Positions 51,348 to 61,214 of a stretch of 64,000 bases of DNA are shown here, in pieces (the stretch's first letter is position 1; every line of letters starts with the position of its first letter). Both the position numbers and the translations under genes were made by a program. The notes under the pieces were generated by a model, which did no database searches, was not told the origin of the DNA, and saw only the letters and a program-made list of their open reading frames with translations. The stretch is from the NCBI GenBank assembly GCA_965115905.1, contig OZ220489.1, forward strand, positions 136,584 through 200,583. Direction: 5' to 3'. Source of the stretch: Tepidiformaceae bacterium. GTDB taxonomy: Bacteria > Chloroflexota > Dehalococcoidia > Tepidiformales > Tepidiformaceae.

Positions 51348-51594
51348 CGGGTTCGGGCGGCTCATCGTCATAGGATTCCGCCTCCTCGCGGAGGCTGGCG
51401 CCATCCCCGTGGCCGACCTGGATACGCTGGATGCGGAGTTCCGCGTCATCGAGGATCTTGCGGAGCCGCTCCACGAGGGCGGCGCCTTCCTCATAGGTCG
51501 CAAGCGCCTCCTCGAGGGGGATGTTCCCCTCCTCCAGCTTGCGGGCGCGCTCTTCGAGCTGGGCGACGAGCGCCTCGAATGATTCCTCGGCCAT
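51334..51594 (-). CDS. xseB: Exodeoxyribonuclease VII small subunit
   Basis: 'SFEALVAQLEERARKLEEGNIPLEEALATYEEGAALVERL', immediately downstream of xseA. Confidence 0.85.
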   Translation of the reverse strand: MAEESFEALVAQLEERARKLEEGNIPLEEALATYEEGAALVERLRKILDDAELRIQRIQVGHGDGASLREEAESYDDEPPEPDDAG

Positions 51595-52772
51595 CAGTTG
51601 ACCTCCGCCCAGAATGCGCCATCGCCGACGGAGACGGCGATGCGGGCGCCGCTCTTGACATCGCGGACGCGGCGCACGACGCGGCGGCGGCGATCCAGGC
51701 GCTCGACGATGGCGTAGCCCCGCGCGAGCGTCGTCGCGGGATTGAGGGCGGTGAACTGGGCGCTCACGCGATCGAGGTTGGCGCGGTTCGCGGCAAGACG
51801 GGCGCCGAGGCGGTCGCCCATACGGGCGCCGAGCGCGTCGATCCGCTCGCGGGCGCCGGAGGGGCGGGGGGCGGCGTGGCGGAGAGCGGCGGTCAGGTTC
51901 TGGAGGCGGGAGGAGGAGGCTTGCATGCGCGCGCGCAGGGAGAGCGCCATGGCGCGACTGCGGGAGTCGAAGCGAGCGGCGACTTCGGCGGCGTCGGGGG
52001 TGGCGCGGGCGGCGGCGGCGCTGGGGGTGGGGGCGCGCAAGTCAGCGGCGAGATCGGCGAGGGAGGTGTCGGTCTCGTGACCGATGCCGGTGACGACGGG
52101 CACGGGGAAGCCGAAGACGGCGCGGACCACGCCTTCATCGTTAAAGGCGGAGAGGTCGTCGGAGGCGCCGCCGCCACGGACGAGGAGCGCCAGGTCGAGC
52201 CGCTCATCACGGGCGAGGGCGCGGAGGGCGGCGAGGATGCTGGCGGGCGCCTGTTCGCCCTGAACGAGCGCGGGCGCGACGACGAGTTCGGCAAGGGGCC
52301 AGCGCCGCGCGAGGACATCGCGCACGTCCTGAATGGCGGCGCCGGTGGGGGAGGTGACGAGCCCGATGCGGCGGGGGTAGGAGGGGAGAGGGCGCTTGCG
52401 GGAGGGCTCGAAGACGCCGTCTTCCTCAAGTTTCTCGCGGAGGCGTTCGAGACGGGCGGCTTCGATGCCGACGCCCTCGGGGCGGAAGAAGTCACACACG
52501 AACTGGAGTTCGCCGCGCACGGGATAGATGGTGACGCGGCCGTGGGCGAGGACGCGCTCGCCGTCGGGAACGGCGGCGCCGGGCATGTCATCGCGAAAGA
52601 GCACGGCGCGCACGAGGCCTTCGCCATCCTTCAGGGAGAAGTAGCGGTGCCCGAGGCGGGAGCGGTTGGAGTCAGAGACTTCGCCGACGACCCAGAGATC
52701 GGAGAGCAGTTCGCTGCCCTCCAGCATGTCCCGGAGGAGGTAGACGAGCTGGGAGACGCGGATTGGGTCCAC
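51594..52772 (-). CDS. xseA: Exodeoxyribonuclease VII large subunit
   Basis: N-terminal OB-fold 'LWVVGEVSD...GHRYFSLKD', 'RIGLVTSPTGAAIQD', and 'VVTGIGHETD'. Confidence 0.9.
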   Translation of the reverse strand: MDPIRVSQLVYLLRDMLEGSELLSDLWVVGEVSDSNRSRLGHRYFSLKDGEGLVRAVLFRDDMPGAAVPDGERVLAHGRVTIYPVRGELQFVCDFFRPEGVGIEAARLERLREKLEEDGVFEPSRKRPLPSYPRRIGLVTSPTGAAIQDVRDVLARRWPLAELVVAPALVQGEQAPASILAALRALARDERLDLALLVRGGGASDDLSAFNDEGVVRAVFGFPVPVVTGIGHETDTSLADLAADLRAPTPSAAAARATPDAAEVAARFDSRSRAMALSLRARMQASSSRLQNLTAALRHAAPRPSGARERIDALGARMGDRLGARLAANRANLDRVSAQFTALNPATTLARGYAIVERLDRRRRVVRRVRDVKSGARIAVSVGDGAFWAEVN

Positions 52773-53338
52773 TAGTTGGCTCGCTCGATGTACTCGCCGG
52801 TCTCGGTGTTGACACGGATGACCTCGCCCTCGCTGATGAAGAGGGGCACCTGGACGACGAGGCCGGTTTCGAGGGTGGCGGGTTTGGAAGCGCCCTGGGC
52901 GGTATCGCCGCGGACGCCGGGATCGGTCGCGGCGACGGCGAGGGCGACGGAGCCGGGGAGTTCGACGGCGATGACCTCGTCGCCGTAGAGGGCGACCTCG
53001 CAGATCGCGTTTTCCCTGAGGAAGCGGGCGGCGTCGCCGACCCTGGCGGCCTCGACGGGGATCTGGTCATAGGTTTCGGTGTTCATGAAGTAGTAGAAAT
53101 CCTCGTCGGAGTAGAGGTACTGCATGTCGCGGCGGTCGACGCGGGCGCGGTCGAAGCGGGTCCCGGCCTGAACGGTGTGATCGATGATGGCGCCGCTGCG
53201 GACGTCGCGGAGCTTCATGCGGACCTGGGCGGAGCCCCGTCCGGTCTTGTTGTGCTCGTAGCTGAGGACGGCGTAGAGCTTGCCATTCATTTCGATGGTG
53301 ACGCCGCGACGGAATTCGGCGGTGGATATCTGGCTCAT
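52772..53338 (-). CDS. efp: Elongation factor P
   Basis: 'STAEFRRGVTIEMNGKLYAVLSYEHNKTGRGSAQVRMKLRDV', 188 aa. Confidence 0.95.
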   Translation of the reverse strand: MSQISTAEFRRGVTIEMNGKLYAVLSYEHNKTGRGSAQVRMKLRDVRSGAIIDHTVQAGTRFDRARVDRRDMQYLYSDEDFYYFMNTETYDQIPVEAARVGDAARFLRENAICEVALYGDEVIAVELPGSVALAVAATDPGVRGDTAQGASKPATLETGLVVQVPLFISEGEVIRVNTETGEYIERAN

Positions 53339-54489
53339 GCTGGCGCTCCTGCTGGAAGTGTGGAATCGAGCTGGCTGAGCTGGCGGGCGCGGCCGCCGTC
53401 AAGGGTCACGATATCCTCGATGCGGACACCGCCCCAGCCCGGCAGGTAGACGCCCGGTTCAATGGTGAAGACCATGCCCTCTTCGAGCACGTCGGTGGAG
53501 GTGGGGCCGAGGTAGGGCGGGTAGTCGTGCACGTCGAGGCCGACGCCGTGACCGAGGCCGTGGGTGAAGGCGTCGCCGTAGCCGTGGCGCTCGATGACGG
53601 CGGCGGCGAGGGCGTGGGCGGCGGCGCCGGTCATGCCGCTTTCGAGGCGCTCGATGGCGGTTTGCTGGGCCTCGCGGACCACCTCGTACACCTCGCGGAA
53701 GCGATCGGGCTGCGGGCCAAGCGTGAAGGTGCGGGTGAGATCGCTGCAGTAGCCGGAGAGTTCGGCGCCCCAGTCAACGATGATGGGTTCGGAGGGGGCG
53801 AAGGGGCGGTCGGAGAGGTCGGCGTGGGGCATGGCGCCGCGTTCACCGCCGGCGACGATTGGCTCGAAGGAGAGGCCGCGGGCGCCGTGCGCCTTGACGG
53901 AGGCGTCGAGGGCGGCGGCGAAGGCGCGCTCCGTCACGCCGGGTTCGACGGTGGCGGTCACCTCGCGGAACGCGCGTTCCGCGATCGCGATGGCCTCCTG
54001 CAGGAGGGCGAGTTCCTCGGCGTCCTTGCGGGCGCGGAGGCGTTCGAGGACGGGCGGAGCGGGGACGAGGACGGGGCGGTCGGCTTCGGGCAGGCGATCG
54101 ATGGCGTCCGTGAGGGCGAGGAAGTCCCCGTAGCTGAGGTCGGAACGGGAGAGGCCAAGGCGTTTGCCCGCGAGGCGGGCGGCGGCGATGAATTCGGCCA
54201 GCCAGGCGGTCTGGGGGCCTTGCGTGTCCAGGACGGCGAAGCCGGAACGCGCGACTTCGCGGCGGGCCTGGGCGCTGTAGCGGGCGTCAACGGCAAGGAC
54301 GGCGTCGGTGGCGGAGACGGCGGCGTACCCGGTCGAGCCCGTGAACCCGGTCAGGTAGCGGCGGTTGGCGGAGTGGCGGTGATTGACGTCGTCGACGGGG
54401 CTGGCGACGTAGAGGCCGTCGAGCCCCGCCTCGTCGAGGGCTTCGCGCACACGTTCAAGTCGCCGGGCAGGGAGAGCGGGGGCGGTCAC
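53335..54489 (-). CDS. Xaa-Pro aminopeptidase (M24 family)
   Basis: 'YCSDLTRTF', '[13 protein letters not shown]', and '[19 protein letters not shown]'. It has the conserved aroQ-pepP-efp neighbourhood. Confidence 0.9.
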   Translation of the reverse strand: MTAPALPARRLERVREALDEAGLDGLYVASPVDDVNHRHSANRRYLTGFTGSTGYAAVSATDAVLAVDARYSAQARREVARSGFAVLDTQGPQTAWLAEFIAAARLAGKRLGLSRSDLSYGDFLALTDAIDRLPEADRPVLVPAPPVLERLRARKDAEELALLQEAIAIAERAFREVTATVEPGVTERAFAAALDASVKAHGARGLSFEPIVAGGERGAMPHADLSDRPFAPSEPIIVDWGAELSGYCSDLTRTFTLGPQPDRFREVYEVVREAQQTAIERLESGMTGAAAHALAAAVIERHGYGDAFTHGLGHGVGLDVHDYPPYLGPTSTDVLEEGMVFTIEPGVYLPGWGGVRIEDIVTLDGGRARQLSQLDSTLPAGAPA

Positions 54490-54986
54490 GGGGTCAGTGT
54501 AGCGCGCGACGATTGCGGGGGTTCGTCGCGATCGTCACGGTCAAGGTGGTCGAGGAGGAGGTTGGCGGCGGCGGTATAGCCCGCGCGACCGAGTCCGGCG
54601 ACCTGGCCGATGCAGGCGGGGGCGATGACTGAGCGCCGGCGGAAAGGCTCGCGGGCGTGGATATTGGAGAGGTGCACCTCGACGGTGGGGAGGGCGATGG
54701 CCTCGATGGCGTCGTGGAGGGCGATGGAGGTGTGGGTCCAGGCGCCGGCGTTGAGGAGGACGCCATTGGCGCGGCGACGGTTCTCGTGCAGGAAATCGAT
54801 GAGGGCGCCCTCATGGTTGCTCTGGAAACTGAGGACGGTCGCGCCGCGGGCGTTGGCGGCGGCGGCGACATCGGCTTCGATGTCGGGGAGGGAGTCGCGG
54901 CCGTAGAGTTCGGGGCGGCGTTCGCCGAGCAGGTTGAGGTTGGGGCCGTGGGCGAGGAGGAGCAGGGGGGCGGCGGGCGCGCTCAC
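54486..54986 (-). CDS. aroQ: Type II 3-dehydroquinate dehydratase
   Basis: '[21 protein letters not shown]', '[10 protein letters not shown]', and '[15 protein letters not shown]'. Confidence 0.9.
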   Translation of the reverse strand: MSAPAAPLLLLAHGPNLNLLGERRPELYGRDSLPDIEADVAAAANARGATVLSFQSNHEGALIDFLHENRRRANGVLLNAGAWTHTSIALHDAIEAIALPTVEVHLSNIHAREPFRRRSVIAPACIGQVAGLGRAGYTAAANLLLDHLDRDDRDEPPQSSRATLTP

Positions 54987-55933
54987 GCGGGGCGGCGCTT
55001 CGAGCGGGCGCGTTCGAGCGCCCGCTCGCCGGTCGCGCGCCAGGCTTTCTCGGTGGATTCCGCCTGGCGGGCGCGGCTGACGTGCGTGTAGATCTGGGTG
55101 GTGTCGGCGGAGGCGTGGCCGAGCAGGTCCTGAACGATGCGGATATCGGCGCCGCCATCGAGCAGGTGGGTGGCGAAGGAGTGTCGCAGCAGGTGGGGGT
55201 GCGCCTCTTCGGGAATGCCGGCGGCAAGGGCGTAGCGGCGCACGGCGTACTGGATGGAGCGGGCGGAGAGGCGCTTGCCGCTGCGATTGAGGAAGAGCGC
55301 GCGCTCGGACGCGTCCGCGAGTTCAGGGCGAACGGAGAGATAGGCCTGCAGGGCGTGGGCGGCGGGTTCGCCGAAGAGCGCGACGCGTTCCTTCGCGCCC
55401 TTGCCGCGCACGATGGCCTGACCATCGATGAGGTCAAGGCTGTCGACATCGAGCCCGACGAGTTCGGAGACGCGCAGTCCGGCGCCGTAGAGGAGTTCGA
55501 GGATCGCGCGGTCGCGCAGTCCCTGGGGCGTGCTTGTCTCAGGCGCCTCGATGAGGGCCTTGATATGGGGCGGCTCGATGACCTTTGGCAGGCGCTTCGG
55601 CTTCTTCGGCAGGGCGACCCCGTAGAGGAGGTCGCGGTCGGCGGCGCCTTCGCGCTGGAGGTAGCGGTAGAAGCCGTGGATGGTGGTCGTGCGGCGGGTA
55701 ATGGAGGCGGGGGCGGCGCCGCTCTCGCGCAGCCTGCCGAGGTATGCGCGGAAGTCCCCGCGGGTGAGCGCGAACGGATCGACGCTTGTCTCGTCGCAGA
55801 AGCGGAGGAAGTGGGCGATGTCGGTGCGGTAGTTGCGGATGGTGTAGCGCGAGCGGTCGCCCGGCGCCTGAAGTTCGCGCAGGTAGGCGTCGAGGCGGGC
55901 CTCGGCGGTCCTGGGGGCGGGCGGGGAGACCAT
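54983..55933 (-). CDS. Tyrosine recombinase XerC/XerD family
   Basis: ATG 55933, 316 aa. '[22 protein letters not shown]', '[39 protein letters not shown]' (R-H-R-Y catalytic pattern). Confidence 0.85.
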   Translation of the reverse strand: MVSPPAPRTAEARLDAYLRELQAPGDRSRYTIRNYRTDIAHFLRFCDETSVDPFALTRGDFRAYLGRLRESGAAPASITRRTTTIHGFYRYLQREGAADRDLLYGVALPKKPKRLPKVIEPPHIKALIEAPETSTPQGLRDRAILELLYGAGLRVSELVGLDVDSLDLIDGQAIVRGKGAKERVALFGEPAAHALQAYLSVRPELADASERALFLNRSGKRLSARSIQYAVRRYALAAGIPEEAHPHLLRHSFATHLLDGGADIRIVQDLLGHASADTTQIYTHVSRARQAESTEKAWRATGERALERARSKRRPA

Positions 55934-55977
55934 ACGGACAGAATACGACAGGACGGGGAACGGCGACGACGAGCGCG

Positions 55978-58347
55978 CTAGCTGGCGCGACGGCGGCGGG
56001 CGCCGCCGGCTGAACGGCGGCCCTTCTTCTTCCCGCGGGCCCTGACCTTCTCGGCGGCGGCCTCGCGCTCCTCGGCGGTACGCGGGGGGGAGATCTTGTC
56101 GGGTTCGAGGCTGTTTGTCGTGTAGGTGCAGTCGGGGTAGTTCCAGCAGGCGTAGAACACGCCGCGGCGGCGGGCGTTCTTGGCGACGAGTTGGCCGGTT
56201 TCGGGTTCCTCGGGGCAGGCGACGTCCACGGGCTTCCCGGAGCGGAAGTCGCATTCCTTCGAGGCGCGCTTCACGCAGTCGAGGTACTCGCCGTACGGGC
56301 CGTGCTTGAGTTCGGTCGCGGACTGGCAACGGGGGCATTTCCAGTCGCTGGGCTGGGGGTCGGGGAGGGGCTGGGGTTCGCCTTCTTCGGTGAGGGGCAT
56401 GGCGTTCTTGCACTCGGGATAGCCGGAGCAGCCGAGGAATTTACCGGTGCGGCTCCAGCGAACGACCATCTTCCGCTCGCCGCACTTCGAGCAGAGGATG
56501 TCGGTTTCCTCGACCTGTTTGCGGGCTTCCTGGCGGGCGGTATCGAGGGCGGAGCTGAAGGGCTCCCAGAAACCGCGGACGACGGCGGCGTAGTCGCGCT
56601 CGCCGGACGCGATCTCATCGAGTTCGCCTTCGAGTTCGCTGGTGAAGGGAACGGCGACGTAGCGGTCCATGTGCTGGACAAGGAGGTCGTTGACGGCGAA
56701 GCCGAGCTCCTGGGGCACGAGCGCGCGGCCATCGCGCACGACGTAGGCGCGGCTGAGCACGGTCTGGACGATGGAGGCGTAGGTGCTGGGGCGGCCGATG
56801 CCCTTTTCCTCCAGCGCCTTGACGAGGGAGGCCTCGGTGAAGCGAGGCGGGGGTTCGGTGAAGTGCTGCTCACCATCGACGGAGCGGCGGTCGAGGGCGT
56901 CGCCTTCGGCGAGTTCGGGGAGCGTGTCCACGGTCTCGGGGGCGCTGGCGTCGGGGGCGACGGCGGCGCGCTCCTCGGTGGCGTCGATGCCGAGCGCGGC
57001 GAGGTGGCCGGGGAAGATGAGGCGCTGGGCGCTGGAGCGGAAGCCGCCGCGCAGTTCGCCGGCTTCGTGCGCGTCGATCTCGACGGCGACGGTGGCGTAG
57101 CGGGCGTCCGCGAGCTGGCTCGCCATGAAGCGGCTCCAGATGAGGGTGTAGGCGCGGAGCTGGTCGCGGTTCAGGACATCGCGCAGGGATTCGGGGGCGC
57201 GGAAGGCGGAGGTGGGGCGGATTGCCTCGTGGGCTTCCTGGGCGCCGCGGGCGCGCGAGCGGTAGACGCGCTCCTTCTCGGGGACGTACTCCTTGCCCCA
57301 GCGGTCGGTCGCGTACTCGCGGGCCTCGCGGCGGGCGACGGGGGAGATGCTGAGGGAGTCGGTCCGCATATAGGTGATGAGACCGACGGGGCCTTCGCCG
57401 GGGATGGGGACGCCCTCGTAGAGCTGCTGGGCGAGCGCCATGGCCCGCTGGGCGCCGTAGCCGAGGCGGTTGTTCGCCGCCTGCTGGTAGCTGCTGGTGG
57501 TGAAGGGCGGGGCGGGACGGCGCTTGCGCTCACCCTTCTTGACGGACTTCACGGAGAAGTCGGAGCGGCGGAGGGCGGCGAGGAGGGCGTTGGCCGTAGC
57601 CTCGTCGGGGATGTCGCGCTTCTCATCGAGCTTGCGGACGCCGGGGAGGCGGGCGAGTTTCGCGCCGAACTCCTCGCCGCCGCTGGCGAGGCGGGCGTGG
57701 ATCGTCCAATACTCGCGGGGGGTGAAGTCCTGGATCTCGCGCTCGCGCTCGACGATGAGGCGAAGGGCGACGCTCTGGACGCGGCCGGCGCTGGCGCTGC
57801 GCGCGACCTTGCCCTGCACGAACCAGCTGAGGGGGTAACCGATGAGGCGGTCGAGGACGCGGCGCGTCTCCTGGGCCTCGACCAGTTCGCGGTTGAGTTC
57901 GCCGGGGTGCTGGAAGGCGGCTTCGATGGCGGGCTTCGTGATCTCGTGGAAGACGACGCGCTGGGTCTTTTCGGCGGGGATCTTCGCGGCCTCGATGATG
58001 TGCCAGGAGATGGCCTCGCCCTCGCGGTCGGGGTCAGTCGAGAGGTAGACGCGCTCCGCCTTGCCAGCGGCGGTCTTGATCTGTTTAACGACGTCGCGCT
58101 TGTCCTTGAGCACTTCGTAGGTGGGTTCGAAGGAGCCGCCCTTGACGTCAACGCCGTAGCCGTAGCTGGGGAGGTCGCGAACGTGGCCGACGGAGGCGAT
58201 GACGCGGTACTCATCGCCGAGGATGCCCTCGATGGTGCGGGCCTTGGCGGGGGACTCGACGATGACGAGGTCCTTGCCGCCGCCAGTCGCGCGCTTCGAA
58301 GCCTGCTTGCGGGTTCCGCTCGTGGCGGAGGATGTTCGTTTTGGCAT
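55978..58347 (-). CDS. topA: DNA topoisomerase I
   Basis: ATG 58347. TOPRIM 'LVIVESPAKARTIEGILG', 'ITYMRTDS' (active-site Tyr region), and several C-terminal C4 zinc ribbons. Confidence 0.95.
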   Translation of the reverse strand: MPKRTSSATSGTRKQASKRATGGGKDLVIVESPAKARTIEGILGDEYRVIASVGHVRDLPSYGYGVDVKGGSFEPTYEVLKDKRDVVKQIKTAAGKAERVYLSTDPDREGEAISWHIIEAAKIPAEKTQRVVFHEITKPAIEAAFQHPGELNRELVEAQETRRVLDRLIGYPLSWFVQGKVARSASAGRVQSVALRLIVEREREIQDFTPREYWTIHARLASGGEEFGAKLARLPGVRKLDEKRDIPDEATANALLAALRRSDFSVKSVKKGERKRRPAPPFTTSSYQQAANNRLGYGAQRAMALAQQLYEGVPIPGEGPVGLITYMRTDSLSISPVARREAREYATDRWGKEYVPEKERVYRSRARGAQEAHEAIRPTSAFRAPESLRDVLNRDQLRAYTLIWSRFMASQLADARYATVAVEIDAHEAGELRGGFRSSAQRLIFPGHLAALGIDATEERAAVAPDASAPETVDTLPELAEGDALDRRSVDGEQHFTEPPPRFTEASLVKALEEKGIGRPSTYASIVQTVLSRAYVVRDGRALVPQELGFAVNDLLVQHMDRYVAVPFTSELEGELDEIASGERDYAAVVRGFWEPFSSALDTARQEARKQVEETDILCSKCGERKMVVRWSRTGKFLGCSGYPECKNAMPLTEEGEPQPLPDPQPSDWKCPRCQSATELKHGPYGEYLDCVKRASKECDFRSGKPVDVACPEEPETGQLVAKNARRRGVFYACWNYPDCTYTTNSLEPDKISPPRTAEEREAAAEKVRARGKKKGRRSAGGARRRRAS

Positions 58348-58430
58348 GGGTTTCCGTTTCACGACGGACGCTGGAGGCCCCGTCGGCTTTCGAGCGTAGA
58401 AGGGAAGGCGCGGGTTTGTCGAGTCCGGCG

Positions 58431-59594
58431 TCAGGCGCGGGGGCGTGAACGCCAGCGGGCGCGCTGCTCGGCGCGCGCGGCCTCGTCGGCGGGCTGGTAG
58501 CGATCCAGAAACTCGCGCGCGAAGACGTCGAACTCTCCGTCGAGCACGGCTTCGCGCATCCGCTCGCAGAGGCGCTGGATGTAGCGAAGGTTGTGGATGC
58601 TGGCGAGGCGGTAGCCCAGCAACTCCTCGTTGCGGAAGAGGTGATGGACGTAGGCGGGGGTGGAGCTGACGCACATGGCGCAGTCGCAGGATGAGTCGAG
58701 GGGGGCGGTTTCCTCGCGGAAGCGGGCGGCCTTGATGTTGACGCGGCCAGCGTCGGTGTAGAGCGCGCCGGTGCGTCCGAGGCGCGTGGGGAGGACGCAA
58801 TCGAAGAGGTCAACGCCGGCGGCGACGGCCTGCACGAGGTCCTCGGGGCTGCCCACGCCCATGAGGTAGCGGGGGCGATCGGCGGGGAGTTCGGCGCAGG
58901 CGATCGCGGTCATGGCGTACTGGTCAGCCTTGGATTCGCCCACGGAGAGGCCGCCGATAGCGTAGCCGGGGGCGCCGCGGGCGGCGAGTTCGCGGGCGTG
59001 CCAGCGGCGCAGATCCGCGTGCACGCCGCCCTGGACAATGGCGAAGAGCGCGGGCGCGGGGTCGAGCGCGCGGGAGCGGTCGAACCAGCGGAGGGTGCGT
59101 TCGGCCGCCTCCCGCTGGTCGGCGGCGGGGGAGTCGCCGGGGAGGACGCGGTCGAGGGGCATGGCGATGTCGACGCCGAGGGCGGCCTGGACCTCGATGG
59201 CGAGTTCGGGGCCGTAGCGATGCTCGGAGCCGTCGATATGCGACCGGAAGCGGACGCCCTCCTCCCCGACGCGCAGGAGACGGGCGAGGCTGAACACCTG
59301 GTAGCCGCCGCTGTCGGAGAGGATGGGGCCGCGCCAGCCCATGAAGCGGTGGACGCCGCCGAGGGCTTCGATGAGGCGGTGGCCCGGGCGCAGGAAGAGA
59401 TGATAGGCGTTGACGAGGGCGATACGGGCGCCGGTGGCGGCGACTTCCGCGGGGGTCAGGGACTTCACGGCGGCGAGGGTGCCGACCGGCATGAACGCGG
59501 GGGTGGGGATCTCGCCGCGAGCGGTCGTGAGGACGCCGGCGCGGGGGGCGGTGGAGGATTCCCCGCCGCCGTCGAGGCGGAAGGCGACGGTCAT
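58431..59594 (-). CDS. tgt: tRNA-guanine transglycosylase (queuine tRNA-ribosyltransferase)
   Basis: ATG 59594. 'TPAFMPVGT', 'ILSDSGGYQVFSL', 'FDCVLPTR', and the zinc site 'CDCAMC...H'. Confidence 0.9.
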   Translation of the reverse strand: MTVAFRLDGGGESSTAPRAGVLTTARGEIPTPAFMPVGTLAAVKSLTPAEVAATGARIALVNAYHLFLRPGHRLIEALGGVHRFMGWRGPILSDSGGYQVFSLARLLRVGEEGVRFRSHIDGSEHRYGPELAIEVQAALGVDIAMPLDRVLPGDSPAADQREAAERTLRWFDRSRALDPAPALFAIVQGGVHADLRRWHARELAARGAPGYAIGGLSVGESKADQYAMTAIACAELPADRPRYLMGVGSPEDLVQAVAAGVDLFDCVLPTRLGRTGALYTDAGRVNIKAARFREETAPLDSSCDCAMCVSSTPAYVHHLFRNEELLGYRLASIHNLRYIQRLCERMREAVLDGEFDVFAREFLDRYQPADEAARAEQRARWRSRPRA

Positions 59595-59595
59595 A

Positions 59596-61209
59596 TCAGG
59601 CGAGGACGGCGTCAAGAGCGGCCTCGACGGCCGCTTCCGGCGCGTCGCGGCGGACCGCGGCATGGCCGATGCGTTCGAGGAGCACCCAGGAGATGGCGCC
59701 CGCGCGAACCTTCTTGTCGCTGCGCATGGCGTTGACGACGGCCTCGCGAGCGACGCCTTCGGCGCGCTCGGGGAGGCGGCAGGCGCGCAGGAGCGTCTGC
59801 TGGCGCTCGAGGTCCGCGGGGGCGAGGAGGCCTATCTCGCAGGCGATGCGGGCGGCGGCGTGCATGCCGATGGCGACGGCCTCGCCGTGGAGGTAGCGGC
59901 TGAAGCCGGCGGCCGCCTCGACCCCGTGGCCGATGGTATGGCCGTAGTTGAGGAGCGTGCGGGAGCCTGACTCACGCTCATCCTCGGAAACGATGGCGGC
60001 CTTGATGGCGGTACTGCGGGCGATAAACGCTTCATCGGCGAGCGCGGCGGGGTCGCCGGCGCGGGCTTCCAGGAGCTGCACAAACGGTTCATCGAGGATG
60101 AGGCCGTGCTTGACGAGTTCGGCGAGACCGGCGTGGAAATGGCGGGGCGGGAGCGTCGCGAGGAGGGCGGGATCGGTGAGGACGAGGCGAGGCTGGGCGA
60201 AGGCGCCGACGAGGTTCTTGCCGATGGGGTGGTCGACGCCCGTCTTGCCGCCGATGGCGGCGTCGACGGCGCCGAGGAGGCTGGTAGGAACGTGGACGAA
60301 GGGGATTCCGCGCAGGACCGTGGCGGCGACGTACCCGCCGAGGTCGGTGACGACGCCGCCCCCGAGGCAAACGAGGAAATCGCCGCGCTCGACGCGCTCC
60401 CCGAGGAGCCAGTCATACACGGAGGCGACGGTGGCGAGCGTCTTGTGCTCCTCGCCAGCGGGGATGGCCATGCTTTCGGCCCGGAATCCGCGCGCGCGGA
60501 TGGCGTCGAGGGCGGCTTCGGCGAAGAGGGGTCCGACGCCGGTATCGGTCAACACGAAGGCGCGGCCGCCAAGACCCACGGCCTCACAGAGGGCGCCGAG
60601 GTCGGCGAGGGCGCCTGCGCGCACGACGATGGGGTAGCTTGCGGCGGGGGTGCGGACGGTGGCGGCGACGCCCGCGATCGTCTCCGGCGGGGAGGGGCCG
60701 GCGTTCTTCCAGAGGCGCAGGATTTCGTCGCAGACCTGCCGGGGCGTGAGGTTGTCCACATCGACGCGGGCGTCAGCGCGGCTGTAGTCGTCGCGGCGCG
60801 CTTCGAGCAGCGCTTCGAGGCGCTGGCGGGGGTCGCCGTCGAGGAGGGGGCGGGGTTCGTCCGCCTCCTGCAGGGCGAGACGTTGGGCGGCGACGGCGGG
60901 GCTGACGGCGAGCCAGACGGTATGGCCTTCCGCGAGGACGTCGCGGGCGCGGTCATGGGCGGGGGCGCCGCCGCCCGTGGCGATGACGGCGTTGCCGGAA
61001 TGGGCGGCGCGTGCGAGGGCGCGGGCTTCGAGCTCGCGGAAGGCGGCCTCGCCCCGCTCGCGGAAGATGGCGGGGATGGACTGGCCCGCGGCCTGCTCGA
61101 TAAGGGCGTCGGTATCGACGAAGGTCCAGCCGAGGCGGTCCGCGAGGAGGCGCCCGACCGTGGATTTGCCGCTCCCGGAAAGGCCGATGAGAAAGAGGTA
61201 CTCGGACAC
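59596..61209 (-). CDS. aroK/aroB: Bifunctional shikimate kinase / 3-dehydroquinate synthase (AroK-AroB fusion)
   Basis: GTG 61209. The N-terminus is 'LIGLSGSGKSTVGRLLADRLGWTFVDTD' (P-loop kinase). A continuous frame leads into 'CLGGGVVTDLGGYVAATVLRGIPFVHVPTSLLGAVDAAIGGKTGVD' and 'NYGHTIGHGVE' (DHQ synthase). Confidence 0.9.
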   Translation of the reverse strand: MSEYLFLIGLSGSGKSTVGRLLADRLGWTFVDTDALIEQAAGQSIPAIFRERGEAAFRELEARALARAAHSGNAVIATGGGAPAHDRARDVLAEGHTVWLAVSPAVAAQRLALQEADEPRPLLDGDPRQRLEALLEARRDDYSRADARVDVDNLTPRQVCDEILRLWKNAGPSPPETIAGVAATVRTPAASYPIVVRAGALADLGALCEAVGLGGRAFVLTDTGVGPLFAEAALDAIRARGFRAESMAIPAGEEHKTLATVASVYDWLLGERVERGDFLVCLGGGVVTDLGGYVAATVLRGIPFVHVPTSLLGAVDAAIGGKTGVDHPIGKNLVGAFAQPRLVLTDPALLATLPPRHFHAGLAELVKHGLILDEPFVQLLEARAGDPAALADEAFIARSTAIKAAIVSEDERESGSRTLLNYGHTIGHGVEAAAGFSRYLHGEAVAIGMHAAARIACEIGLLAPADLERQQTLLRACRLPERAEGVAREAVVNAMRSDKKVRAGAISWVLLERIGHAAVRRDAPEAAVEAALDAVLA

Positions 61210-61214
61210 GGCGA

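Noticed and set aside
54983-55933. Tyrosine recombinase as the integrase of a mobile element
   Set aside because: It is XerC/XerD-like in length and motifs, and it is embedded between aroQ and topA housekeeping genes. I saw no flanking direct repeats, tRNA gene or phage/transposon genes.
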